DNA from: an uncultured archaeon
GTDB taxonomy: Archaea; Asgardarchaeota; Thorarchaeia; Thorarchaeales; Thorarchaeaceae
NCBI GenBank assembly: GCA_964590575.1
Contig: CAZPWM010000018.1
Location: 1-43,904 of the forward strand
Length of the DNA stretch: 43,904 bases
Direction of reading: 5' to 3'
The notes beneath the pieces were generated by a model, which saw nothing but the letters and a program-made list of their open reading frames with translations, had not been told where the DNA came from and made no database searches. The translations under genes were made by a program, and so were the position numbers. Positions 18,133-27,549 of this stretch are shown in pieces. Within the stretch, counting starts at the first letter, position 1. The number at the start of each line of letters is the position of its first letter.

Positions 18133-19707
18133 CTATCTCTCTCGCAACCTTGGATTCAGTACTTGGTCAAGTGTGTGGCCAACGAAAGTGAAGGACAGAG
18201 AGAGAAGCGTTATCATCAAGCCGGGGAATACGACGACCCACCATGCACCCCTGATAAACGCAGCTCCATTTTGAGCATCCGCAAGCATCCTTCCCCAACT
18301 GGGTTCTTCAATATCAGTCAGACCAAGGAATGAAAGGGCTGCTTCAGATAAGATTGCCCCGACTACACTAAGCGTGATATTCGCAAACAGGATTGGTGTT
18401 ACATTCGGTAGAACGTGCCTGAACATAATGTAGGTGTCAGTAGCACCAATCGCCCTCGCAGACTCGACGTAAGCTTTATTCTTCTCAGCAAGGACCTGAG
18501 ATCGTATCAGCCGCGCAGTCCCAGTCCACCCTAATATAGCTAACACTACAATGATGACTGTTGTAGACTTTCCCAAGAAAATAGCCAATATCATCATTAA
18601 CGGCAGGCTGGGGATGACCAAAAGGAAGTCGACAAAGCGCATAAGAACCTCGTCAGTTTTCCCACCGTAATAACCCGCGGCAAGTCCGACCATCACGCCC
18701 AGAATGGTTGCGAGAGCTGTTGCAAGAATTCCGATTGTTAGCGAAACCCGACTTCCATAGATGAGCTGTGAGTATGCATCGGCACCCCAGAATGTAGTCC
18801 CAAGTGCTCCAAAGTAACCTCCGTAGGCAGTTAGCTTAATACCTGTGACTGTGAATGTGACACTACCAGTATAGTTTTGCCATGGGATAATACCACCATA
18901 ACTCTCGAAGTTCCGGTAGGGAGCCATCCCAACGCGAACCTTCACTGTGTCGTTATTGAAAGACTGCGTCCCATTGACAGTAATCATTCCTTGAAATGTG
19001 TCTATAAGGTCAAGGTATGTGAAAGGGAGTCGACGCTCTCGTATTGGTTCTGAGTACGTGGCATCTAACGTTTCATAAACTTTAATCCAATCATTTGAGG
19101 GGGTAACAATCCAGACATAAAGTCGGAACATCAGGTTATTGTACGGTTTAGCATTTTGAGCAAAGTCGCCCGTCCGGGTGGTGCCAAAGGAAACCGACAT
19201 GTTGACAGCGCTGGGTAGGCCATTCCATGGCCAATCAAAAGACTGGTCGAAGTAGATAAAGTCATTATAATAAGGCATATTCCCTTCTGGATCTGGACCA
19301 ATGTAGTCTAATTGTTGTCCAGCCGTGTGTTGCCATGTCAAGTTAACATAGCTAGCCTCACTTGGTTCAATCGCTTGCCTGTACGTGGCACTAAACTCGC
19401 CACTTGTCCCATTGACATGAATTTGAGGCTCATGGTTCAGGTCCGTCCTGGACAGATAATTATCTGTCACAACACCCTCCGGATCAAGGACACTCATCCA
19501 TGATGGTGCTAGATATGAGGGAGCCACAGTTTTCAGTGGGTTTGGATCTGAGGTCCCCAAATATGGTGCAAATACAGCCATCCCAATGAAGATTAACATG
19601 ATAGTAAGGCCTACCACTCCAATCCTGTGCTTGCGGTATTCTCTCAAGAAACCTGATAGGCTATGGTACCAGTTGCTATCTCTCCAGCCTTTTTGTGTCT
19701 TTGACAA
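18133..19707 (-). CDS. dppC: Peptide ABC transporter permease (DppC/OppC) with a large extracellular insertion
   Basis: LGTTFWGAD...YGSRVSL, YVESARAIGA, EAALSFLGL, PSWG, NPRLR. Confidence 0.92.
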   Translation of the reverse strand: MSKTQKGWRDSNWYHSLSGFLREYRKHRIGVVGLTIMLIFIGMAVFAPYLGTSDPNPLKTVAPSYLAPSWMSVLDPEGVVTDNYLSRTDLNHEPQIHVNGTSGEFSATYRQAIEPSEASYVNLTWQHTAGQQLDYIGPDPEGNMPYYNDFIYFDQSFDWPWNGLPSAVNMSVSFGTTRTGDFAQNAKPYNNLMFRLYVWIVTPSNDWIKVYETLDATYSEPIRERRLPFTYLDLIDTFQGMITVNGTQSFNNDTVKVRVGMAPYRNFESYGGIIPWQNYTGSVTFTVTGIKLTAYGGYFGALGTTFWGADAYSQLIYGSRVSLTIGILATALATILGVMVGLAAGYYGGKTDEVLMRFVDFLLVIPSLPLMMILAIFLGKSTTVIIVVLAILGWTGTARLIRSQVLAEKNKAYVESARAIGATDTYIMFRHVLPNVTPILFANITLSVVGAILSEAALSFLGLTDIEEPSWGRMLADAQNGAAFIRGAWWVVVFPGLMITLLSLSFTFVGHTLDQVLNPRLRER

Positions 19708-19740
19708 ATTTGTTCCTCCAATAATTCAGTAATTCATTTA

Positions 19741-19768
19741 ATTTCAAGAAAGTACATTCTCTTGAAAT
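19741..19768. promoter_or_regulatory. Inverted repeat upstream of dppC
   Basis: ATTTCAAGA-N10-TCTTGAAAT. Confidence 0.45.
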
Positions 19769-19877
19769 AGAAATGAATATGCTATTATGCTGTCTAACAC
19801 ACAAAAAACCCCAGAGTCGCCCTAAAAAAGCAATTGGTTCGGGTAGTCAAAATAGTTCGGGTATGTAATTGGAACAT

Positions 19878-20216
19878 TTAATCACCATTAAGAGTTTCCT
19901 CAAATGGATCCTCCTTTAGGTCTTCATCACGTTCACTGGGGAGACCCTTTTCCTCTCGAGCTTCAATTATCTGTTTTGTCCTTCTGTGAGCTGCCCACAA
20001 ATCTGCAAAAATCATTCCAACAAGGAAGATTGACAGAGCGCCTGTCAAAGCCAGAACTGCACCAACGAACTGGAGTGGCAAGATACCGAAAACCCACCAT
20101 TTGACCAGCATCAAGTATCCAAGTACAATTAGTATGATGGGGATCAGGAGAATTCGTTTTGAGGGTTCGGTCTTTGTTCTTGGAAATGATCGTATCTCTG
20201 GCACTGCAATCATCAT
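19878..20216 (-). CDS. Small 2-TM membrane protein
   Basis: Two hydrophobic helices and a charged tail. Confidence 0.65.
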   Translation of the reverse strand: MMIAVPEIRSFPRTKTEPSKRILLIPIILIVLGYLMLVKWWVFGILPLQFVGAVLALTGALSIFLVGMIFADLWAAHRRTKQIIEAREEKGLPSERDEDLKEDPFEETLNGD

Positions 20217-20430
20217 ACTTGGTTGGAAAGACTACGCCTTATACTTTTTCCAATCAGGTGAGTTAGGGTCCCATGAGAAATTCGCAATTGCGATCAAACA
20301 CGATAACTGTATCCACTTACTAATGTCTTTAAAAGTAACATATTTAAGTCAACCAACTCGCAGCGGTATCTCAACAGGCTAAGTTGATTCCGCCCCCAGA
20401 GTCATAGAAGGCTCGATGGAGTGTACAAAC

Positions 20431-21420
20431 ATGCCCTTACTTGATATTAGGAGTCTGAGAATGTATTATACCACTCAGAAAGGCTTGGTGAAAGCGGTCG
20501 ATGATGTGTCTCTCACACTTGAATCAGGAGAAGCGATAGGACTTGCAGGCGAGTCAGGCTGCGGAAAAAGCAGTCTTGCATACTCAATTATGCAGCTTCT
20601 CCCACCTGCTGCAAACATTGTTGGTGGAAATGTATTTTTCAAGGGTGATGACCTAATCCGGAAGACCGCCAAGGAGATGCGGGATATCCGATGGAAGAGT
20701 GTAGCCATAGTCTTTCAAGGTGCAATGAATGCATTGAATCCAGTTTTTGAGATAGGAGATCAGATTGCTGAGGCAATCCTTTTGCATGAAAACGTGACTG
20801 AGGAAGAAGCTTTTGACCGCTGTGCGAAGCTCTTTGAAATGGTCGGACTTGATCCTGGTCGTATCCATAACTATCCACATGAGTTCTCAGGCGGAATGCG
20901 TCAGAGAGCTATGATTGCAATGGCACTCGCTTGTAATCCTGATATAGTGATTGCAGATGAGCCAACTACAGCGCTAGATGTCACAATTCAAGCTCAAATT
21001 CTAAAACTTATGCAAAAGCTGCAAAAAGACCTAGGCTTATCGCTCATTCTAATCACACATGACTTGAGTGTTATCGCTGAAACTTGTGACAAGACAGCTA
21101 TTATGTATGCTGGAAAGATAATAGAACTTGCTGATGTGGTGTCGATCTTTAAGGACCCTATCCATCCATATGCTACTGGTCTAGTAGGAGCAATTCCAAG
21201 CATGGTGAAGGCTGAGAAGAAGAAACTCACCTCAATTCCGGGTTCTCCACCGGACCTTATTGAGCCTCCATCAGGATGTCGTTTCCATCCACGATGTCCA
21301 TATGCACAGGATATCTGTTCGAGGAAAGAGCCGACTTTTGATGAGATTGAGCCGGATAGATTTGTAGCCTGTCACTTTGCTAACCAACTCAAAGGCGAGA
21401 TAGGGATTGATTTGGAGTGA
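20431..21420 (+). CDS. dppD: Peptide ABC transporter ATP-binding subunit (DppD/OppD)
   Basis: [36 protein letters not shown]. Confidence 0.95.
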   Translation: MPLLDIRSLRMYYTTQKGLVKAVDDVSLTLESGEAIGLAGESGCGKSSLAYSIMQLLPPAANIVGGNVFFKGDDLIRKTAKEMRDIRWKSVAIVFQGAMNALNPVFEIGDQIAEAILLHENVTEEEAFDRCAKLFEMVGLDPGRIHNYPHEFSGGMRQRAMIAMALACNPDIVIADEPTTALDVTIQAQILKLMQKLQKDLGLSLILITHDLSVIAETCDKTAIMYAGKIIELADVVSIFKDPIHPYATGLVGAIPSMVKAEKKKLTSIPGSPPDLIEPPSGCRFHPRCPYAQDICSRKEPTFDEIEPDRFVACHFANQLKGEIGIDLE

Positions 21421-21426
21421 TCAATA

Positions 21427-22485
21427 ATGACAGTTGAAAAATCAGGAGTTATACAAGGTTCCGTAGACGTTAAAGATGGTGAAACTTTGATTTCTGTTAG
21501 GAACATGCGTAAATGGTTCCCTGTGAATACTGGTTTTCTCTCCTCTTTATTGTACAAGCAGGAATTATATGTGAAAGCTGTGGATGGAGTCACATTCGAT
21601 ATTATCAAGGGGGAAGTTCTTGTACTTGCAGGGGAAAGCGGATGTGGTAAAACAACAACAGGTAGATGTATACTTAATCTAGAGATTCCAACAGACGGTG
21701 ATGTGGTTTATGCTGGTCAGAACCTGTCTACTCTGGACCGCAATGAAATCAAAGAACTGCGAAAGCGAATGCAGATTACATTCCAAGACCCATATGAATC
21801 TCTCAATCCTAAGCAGAGTATTTTCAGCATCGTAGAAGAACCATTGCTGGTTCACAAGATTCCTCTTGCACCCAGCGAAAGACGTCAGAGAGTCCTTGAA
21901 GTACTGGAAAGTACCCAAATCACTCCAGCTGAGGAGTACATTGACAGATTTCCGCACGAACTTTCGGGTGGACAAAGACAGAGGATTTCAGTAGCACGTG
22001 CACTCATTCTACACCCTGAATTCATGGTTGCGGACGAGCCCGTATCAATGCTAGATGTGTCAATCCGTGCAGAAATTCTGAACCTACTGCTTAATCTGAG
22101 GGAAGAACTCGGACTAACATACCTGTTCATTACACATGACCTAGCTGTGGCAACTTACATTGCTGATAGGATTGGAATCATGTATTTAGGGAAAATCATG
22201 GAGATTGGTCCCTCACATGATGTAGCATTCACTCCATTGCATCCATATACTCGAGCACTCATATCAGCTGTTCCATCAGGAGACCCGACCGTAAAAAGAA
22301 GAGTTGAGTCACTGAAAGGAGAGCCACCGAGTCCAATCAACGTTCCATCAGGTTGCCGTTTTCATCCACGATGTCCTTACGCACAAGAAATCTGTGTAAG
22401 GGAAATTCCTGAGGACCGTGACATGGGTGAGGGCCATTTTGTAGCATGTCACTTTGCTGGCGAATTACCTGAAGCTCAGCTGTGA
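21427..22485 (+). CDS. dppF: Peptide ABC transporter ATP-binding subunit (DppF/OppF)
   Basis: [37 protein letters not shown]. Confidence 0.95.
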   Translation: MTVEKSGVIQGSVDVKDGETLISVRNMRKWFPVNTGFLSSLLYKQELYVKAVDGVTFDIIKGEVLVLAGESGCGKTTTGRCILNLEIPTDGDVVYAGQNLSTLDRNEIKELRKRMQITFQDPYESLNPKQSIFSIVEEPLLVHKIPLAPSERRQRVLEVLESTQITPAEEYIDRFPHELSGGQRQRISVARALILHPEFMVADEPVSMLDVSIRAEILNLLLNLREELGLTYLFITHDLAVATYIADRIGIMYLGKIMEIGPSHDVAFTPLHPYTRALISAVPSGDPTVKRRVESLKGEPPSPINVPSGCRFHPRCPYAQEICVREIPEDRDMGEGHFVACHFAGELPEAQL

Positions 22486-22502
22486 TAGCAATGATATTGA
22501 AT

Positions 22503-22540
22503 CACGGGTGCCGCTTTTGGCCGCCCGTGTTCGTTTCTTC
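22503..22540 (+). terminator. GC hairpin plus U-rich tail after dppF
   Basis: CACGGGTG...CGCCCGTG followed by TTCGTTTCTTC. Confidence 0.45.
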
Positions 22541-22565
22541 ATATCTAAATTCATGAGGTGATGTT

Positions 22566-23003
22566 TTGACGGAATATGAAGATAGACCAAGAATTCTCCG
22601 AGCAATAAAGAAATGTCTAGTGGATAGTGACAAGCATTTCCAAGATGCTCAGGACACGCTTGATGAGGTGAATAAGGCCTCAATGGGTATTGGAATGACG
22701 CCACTCATTGGGGGCTATGCAATAAAAGATCCAAAAAGCCACTTCAGACAAGCATTAATCAGTGTTGACTCAGCAGAGAAGGCACTACTACCGCTCATAA
22801 TACGATTCAAGGATGGAAGGGTTAACGAATCCCACTTCACATCTAAGAAAGCCTTGGTGATCTTAGGAGACCTAGCAGGGATGGATTATAATATACTCAT
22901 TCAGAAACTCCTAGAGCAAAGTGGACGCGAATCAACTTGGTATCGTTTGAAGGAACTTCGACAGAAGATAGCAGAATTAATTGAGCTAATTGAAGTGGCA
23001 TAG
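22566..23003 (+). CDS. Hypothetical helical protein
   Basis: 145-aa ORF, GAGGTG SD-like motif before TTG. Confidence 0.65.
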   Translation: MTEYEDRPRILRAIKKCLVDSDKHFQDAQDTLDEVNKASMGIGMTPLIGGYAIKDPKSHFRQALISVDSAEKALLPLIIRFKDGRVNESHFTSKKALVILGDLAGMDYNILIQKLLEQSGRESTWYRLKELRQKIAELIELIEVA

Positions 23004-23085
23004 GATACTGTAGAGCTAACAAAGATAATAACGATTCAATCGCAATTTCCGTCATTGGGGAAATAGTAGAGAGTGGTTCCGGCGC

Positions 23086-23754
23086 ATGAGTAAATCCAGT
23101 AATCAAAGAAGTCTTCTCAAAGAACTTGAGCGTACAGAGGCGGTTCTGAAGGATTTACTGACAACGCTATCGAACTTGAATTCATCCTTGATACCAATCG
23201 AACGTGAGATGAAGGTAAGTGATTTTGCTTCAAGTGGTGAGTTTGTTCAAGGAGCTTCAACAGGTATTGTCTGCGTCCTCTCAGGTTTGATACAGGGAGA
23301 CCCACTCCAGAGAATACTTACCGAGAAGGGAAGAGGTAGGGATATTCCAGCATTAATCAAAGCAGGTGACCGAAGTGAGTCACCCATGACTGTTGAAAGC
23401 ATTGTGAACATGTTACATACTGAAGACCAAAAAAGAAGCTTGGAGTATATAATTAACCTAAGATGGGCGGAGCTTCCTACACCACTAGAGAGAGAGATGG
23501 TTGTTGTAATGGGAACTAGATATGAATCAGGGAACCCTATTAGAGTAAAGAAGTTAGAGATAAACTTGGATAAAATCGGTTTCAAAATAGTGACAGATAA
23601 CGGTGAGTTTGGGGGAGGTCCTTTAACATATGAGATTATTAAATCATTTAGTAACAGACGCGATCTGATAGTGATTGAGCTAACGCTTTCTCGACAAGTT
23701 GTAGAAAATGATACTGCAGTGATTCGTGTATTGAACATGCTGGCTTCTTTCTAG
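23086..23754 (+). CDS. Coiled coil plus degenerate N-formylglutamate-amidohydrolase-like domain
   Basis: YIINLRW, VVMGTRY, DNGEFGGGPLT, IVIELTLS match the FGase fold pattern but lack the metal-binding His residues. Confidence 0.55.
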   Translation: MSKSSNQRSLLKELERTEAVLKDLLTTLSNLNSSLIPIEREMKVSDFASSGEFVQGASTGIVCVLSGLIQGDPLQRILTEKGRGRDIPALIKAGDRSESPMTVESIVNMLHTEDQKRSLEYIINLRWAELPTPLEREMVVVMGTRYESGNPIRVKKLEINLDKIGFKIVTDNGEFGGGPLTYEIIKSFSNRRDLIVIELTLSRQVVENDTAVIRVLNMLASF

Positions 23755-23764
23755 GTGTGCAAAC

Positions 23765-26700
23765 ATGGAATCTACAAAGGAAAACTCGGAGATGCAGCTA
23801 CCATTCCCTCACGGGATAGAGGTAGAACTTCAAGTTATCCGAAATGATGGCACTTGGATTCGTGGAGAGGATATCCTGCAAATCTTTGACCGGATTGTTT
23901 CTAGTGCTAAGGGTTTACTAGATAAAAGAATTCGCGCATCATCTGTAGAATCCGTGAAGAGAAAATACAAACAATCAGCTCAGACAGAAGAAGGGGAGAG
24001 GGGCTCAAGAATAATAGCAGCCTATGAGAACCCAAATGGAGAGCCAAAAGAATACACACTCCTAGGACACGACCCAAATGTGACTAGTCTCACATGGATA
24101 CTTGAAGTTGCTACACCACCATGTACAACACTCGAGGAACTTGCTTGGTGGATCCAGACACTGATAGCAATATCGCATGAAGCTCTCCCTGCTGATTCAA
24201 AAGCCATATTGATATCAACTGGGTTGAACCCAACTCAGGAATATCTGAGGAACCTTTCTTTTGGAGAACATCATCACATACTTAGCCCAAGTACGGATGA
24301 GAGAACAAAGATTGCAGTCTACAACATGATAAGGAATTTCCTTCCACATCTTATCGCACTTTCAGTCAACTCACCTTTTGAAAATAAAAAACCAACTGAT
24401 GAAGTAGCAGTATCAGATGATGGAAGAGTAAGGGCACCAAGGTGTAAGAGATCCATCAGGTTGTTCAGAAATACCACACAGATGGGGCCAACAAATGAGT
24501 TTGAATTAATACCGTATCTTCGTGGTACTGACAAGGAAGCATTTGCCCGCCATGTAAACCGAAGCTATGCACGAATGGTAGACATGTATCCTTTCACTGA
24601 TTATGGAACCATTGAGGTCCGAGTGTTTGACACTCAATTATCGATTCCCCGAAGAATGGGTCTAGCCTTATTACTTCAAGCTCTGGCTCTGAAAGCAAAA
24701 AGAATGGTAGAACGCGGAGAACCCATCCCCGATGTGGGATCTAAGACCTTAGCGGCAAATCGAGAATCAGCAGTGTCTGCAGGATTGTGGGGACCATTCC
24801 GACCGGGGGAAGATGTCGATAAATCAGACTATATTAGGATATACAATCATCAAATCACGGATGAAGGGAATATCAGCAAAGGAAAGAGTAACCGGTTCCT
24901 TGGAGATGCTGTCGTTTCTATGTTTTATCTAATCAAGGATGAACTTGAAGAACTGAACATTATTGAGAATCCATTCATTCAAGCCTTATTGGTTTCTGTG
25001 TTCGGTAGTGAATACGTTGAACCACGGACAACAGGCGCCGATTTTCAATTAGAGGTTTATACAAAGTCAGATAGCAACATGGTCGTGTTAATGAAGAAAC
25101 TCGCAGAAGTGACAAGGGAGTGTAGTACCAATTGGTTATACGATCCAATAGAGGGAACGCCTCACCTTCCAACTTGGTTGTGTTGGTGGAAAGGTCTTGA
25201 ACCAGAGATTATCACTGCTGCAGAGAGAGTCTTTGCGGGTCAGGATGTTCTGTTCAGCGTTTTGATAAAGAATTCCACAGGACGACAAATCGAGAATATT
25301 ACAATCTCTTACATGATAGAGGATTCTGAGAGGAACGCGGTGGAGAACAACGTTCTCACCATTCCAAGCATCGAGAATGGAGAAATACAGGTTTCTGAAA
25401 TTTCATTTCAGACAAAGAAGAATATCACGGCCTATAATATCATTGCAGAAATTGGTTTTGTTGGAAGAGTCATTAATCTAACAAGCACTATCAATATGTA
25501 TTGGATGAAGGCAACAATCAAACCGGGTACTACAACACAATTTGCAGATGGAAAAACACCAGTCCTCTTTTACGGGCAGATAGAAACGAACTATCCAGAA
25601 GAAGCTGCTGTTCAGTGCCAGGTTAACATTTTCGCTCCAAGTATCGAGAGAGTTCTGGTCACGTCACAAGATGTGCTCCATGTTGAAAGCGGTGAAGTAA
25701 CCGAATTCGACCAAACAGAAATGCCGCCCATTCTAGTTCCTTCTGATGCTTCGAATGGTGTCGAGCGATGTATTCTACAGCTGCGCCTTCTCAATCAGGA
25801 TGGAACTGAGATTGCAGAAGCTATGTCAAAGCCATTCTATATTGGGTTTGTAAAAAGAGGGCCACAAGTCATCCTAAGCACCGACCTGAAGACTGGATAC
25901 AAACTTGGAGATTTAATTTCTGGAGATATACTTGTCAGTAATCTTGGGAAGAGAGTAGCATCGGATGCAAGGTTGTCATTGGAGTTCAAGAGTGATTCAG
26001 GCAGAACGTATCTCATCGAAGAGTTTCTGAAAGATGAATTCATGACTGGTAGCGTGAGCTTTAACTGGAAGATACCAACGATGTCTGTTGAGAGTTCATC
26101 TGATAGAGTTGGCATACTTAAAGTGTTTCTCAAAGAAAAAGGTCAGGTTGTTGCATCGACAGAATCTGAGAGACTAAGAATTGAGCAGGTCGCCGCCAGA
26201 GTAAATATTGATTCACTCAGAGTCCCCCAGCATTCTCACATTGGGGGTAGAATTTCTGGTTGGTTGAGAATTCGAAGGAATACTGAGGCTGGAGAACCGG
26301 CGATACTCAAAGTATCATTTGTCTATCCAGATGGAGATGAACATCAGGTTCTGAGTCAACCGGTTAAACAGAGCAAGAACCTGTCAATTGCATTTGGGCC
26401 AATTGCAATCCCAGCCCCACGGGTGACTGCAAATCATAGAATGGTTACCTTAGTTGCAACACTGAGTTATGCCGGTATTGAAGTAGACAGAAGGTCGACG
26501 GAAATTGGTTTACTGGGAGGACCACAGATGGACATCGCTCAGATCGATTTCATCGGGCTCCCAAATTTCACAGCACCTGATGAATTAATACAACCAACCA
26601 TTCAAGTAAAAAGTAATGTCGAAAAAAGGCAAAGCTGTGTTCTTACAGTCGAGCTTGAGTCTGTTGGAGGGAATAGAAACCTCCTTTCCCAAGAGTTAGA

Positions 26701-27202
26701 TCTAGATCCTGGAAAGGAACGCTTGTTTCCAATTGCGGTCAGAATTCCGTTGAGTGCTGAAATGAGTACAGCTCATCTAAGAGCAACTCTTAGATGTGGA
26801 GATAGTTCCTATGAAAAGAAACAGAGGTTCAAAATCAAGGCTATAGAAACCCCGCTCTTCAAGATAGGTTTTTCAGTCAGGAATGAATCGGGAGAGGAGA
26901 TACCCGGGCTTGTGGCTAGATTATCTCCTGTAGAGATAGTTACAACAATTGAGAGTGCACGTGAAAAGATAGGGGATTTGACTGTAAGTATTCGCATCAT
27001 GTCAAGACGGGATATCGTCAAAGAATTCGAGGTGCGTCTACCGGATCCAAACGCAAAAACAAACATTATCAGAATCACTTGGCTCACACCACCAATCGAT
27101 GTGGTGACAGGATATTATATTGATGCTATTGTTCTGCAATCCGGTCGACCTCTACCTGCGAGAGCTATTGAATTGATCAGGCGACAGTTCACTGTGTACT
27201 AG
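23765..27202 (+). CDS. Carboxylate-amine ligase (GCS2/YbdK-like) fused to tandem Ig-like beta-sandwich domains
   Basis: GIEVELQ, LEVATP, GEHHH, LIALSVNSPF, GTIEVRVFD; C-terminal ~670 aa of alternating beta-strands. Confidence 0.82.
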   Translation: MESTKENSEMQLPFPHGIEVELQVIRNDGTWIRGEDILQIFDRIVSSAKGLLDKRIRASSVESVKRKYKQSAQTEEGERGSRIIAAYENPNGEPKEYTLLGHDPNVTSLTWILEVATPPCTTLEELAWWIQTLIAISHEALPADSKAILISTGLNPTQEYLRNLSFGEHHHILSPSTDERTKIAVYNMIRNFLPHLIALSVNSPFENKKPTDEVAVSDDGRVRAPRCKRSIRLFRNTTQMGPTNEFELIPYLRGTDKEAFARHVNRSYARMVDMYPFTDYGTIEVRVFDTQLSIPRRMGLALLLQALALKAKRMVERGEPIPDVGSKTLAANRESAVSAGLWGPFRPGEDVDKSDYIRIYNHQITDEGNISKGKSNRFLGDAVVSMFYLIKDELEELNIIENPFIQALLVSVFGSEYVEPRTTGADFQLEVYTKSDSNMVVLMKKLAEVTRECSTNWLYDPIEGTPHLPTWLCWWKGLEPEIITAAERVFAGQDVLFSVLIKNSTGRQIENITISYMIEDSERNAVENNVLTIPSIENGEIQVSEISFQTKKNITAYNIIAEIGFVGRVINLTSTINMYWMKATIKPGTTTQFADGKTPVLFYGQIETNYPEEAAVQCQVNIFAPSIERVLVTSQDVLHVESGEVTEFDQTEMPPILVPSDASNGVERCILQLRLLNQDGTEIAEAMSKPFYIGFVKRGPQVILSTDLKTGYKLGDLISGDILVSNLGKRVASDARLSLEFKSDSGRTYLIEEFLKDEFMTGSVSFNWKIPTMSVESSSDRVGILKVFLKEKGQVVASTESERLRIEQVAARVNIDSLRVPQHSHIGGRISGWLRIRRNTEAGEPAILKVSFVYPDGDEHQVLSQPVKQSKNLSIAFGPIAIPAPRVTANHRMVTLVATLSYAGIEVDRRSTEIGLLGGPQMDIAQIDFIGLPNFTAPDELIQPTIQVKSNVEKRQSCVLTVELESVGGNRNLLSQELDLDPGKERLFPIAVRIPLSAEMSTAHLRATLRCGDSSYEKKQRFKIKAIETPLFKIGFSVRNESGEEIPGLVARLSPVEIVTTIESAREKIGDLTVSIRIMSRRDIVKEFEVRLPDPNAKTNIIRITWLTPPIDVVTGYYIDAIVLQSGRPLPARAIELIRRQFTVY

Positions 27203-27294
27203 ATGTTATTGAGTTCTATATTTATAAAATACTCATAACTCTTTTTTTCTCCAAAAGGGCTTTATGGTGGTTTTTTTGAAATGATGCGAACATT

Positions 27295-27345
27295 TCGACC
27301 TTTGTCGATTGATTCTTCGTGAAATTATGATTCGACTTTTGCCGA
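27295..27345. promoter_or_regulatory. Tandem TCGAC-N4-GTCGA palindromic sites
   Basis: TCGACCTTTGTCGA (27295-27308) and TCGACTTTTGCCGA (27332-27345) in an AT-rich intergenic region. Confidence 0.4.
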
Positions 27346-27549
27346 CTTTTGTATAAAAAACGTTATATTGACTAATAAAATGAAAAAATCAACGGTGCCT
27401 AAGGCAAAGCTATAAATGCGAAGTTTGAGCCGCTGAATGGTAACCGGACCCAATAACTAGGATATGATATATACTCATAGAACATTCGAAAATGACTTCG
27501 ACTTATACGACTAAATTTGAAACCTTTGTAACAATTGGATGTGATGTGA

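Noticed and set aside
27190-27202. C-terminal Tyr in the ligase (FTVY) and VWA-Ig protein (TRIY) as a proteasome HbYX motif
   Set aside because: Tyr is terminal, not penultimate
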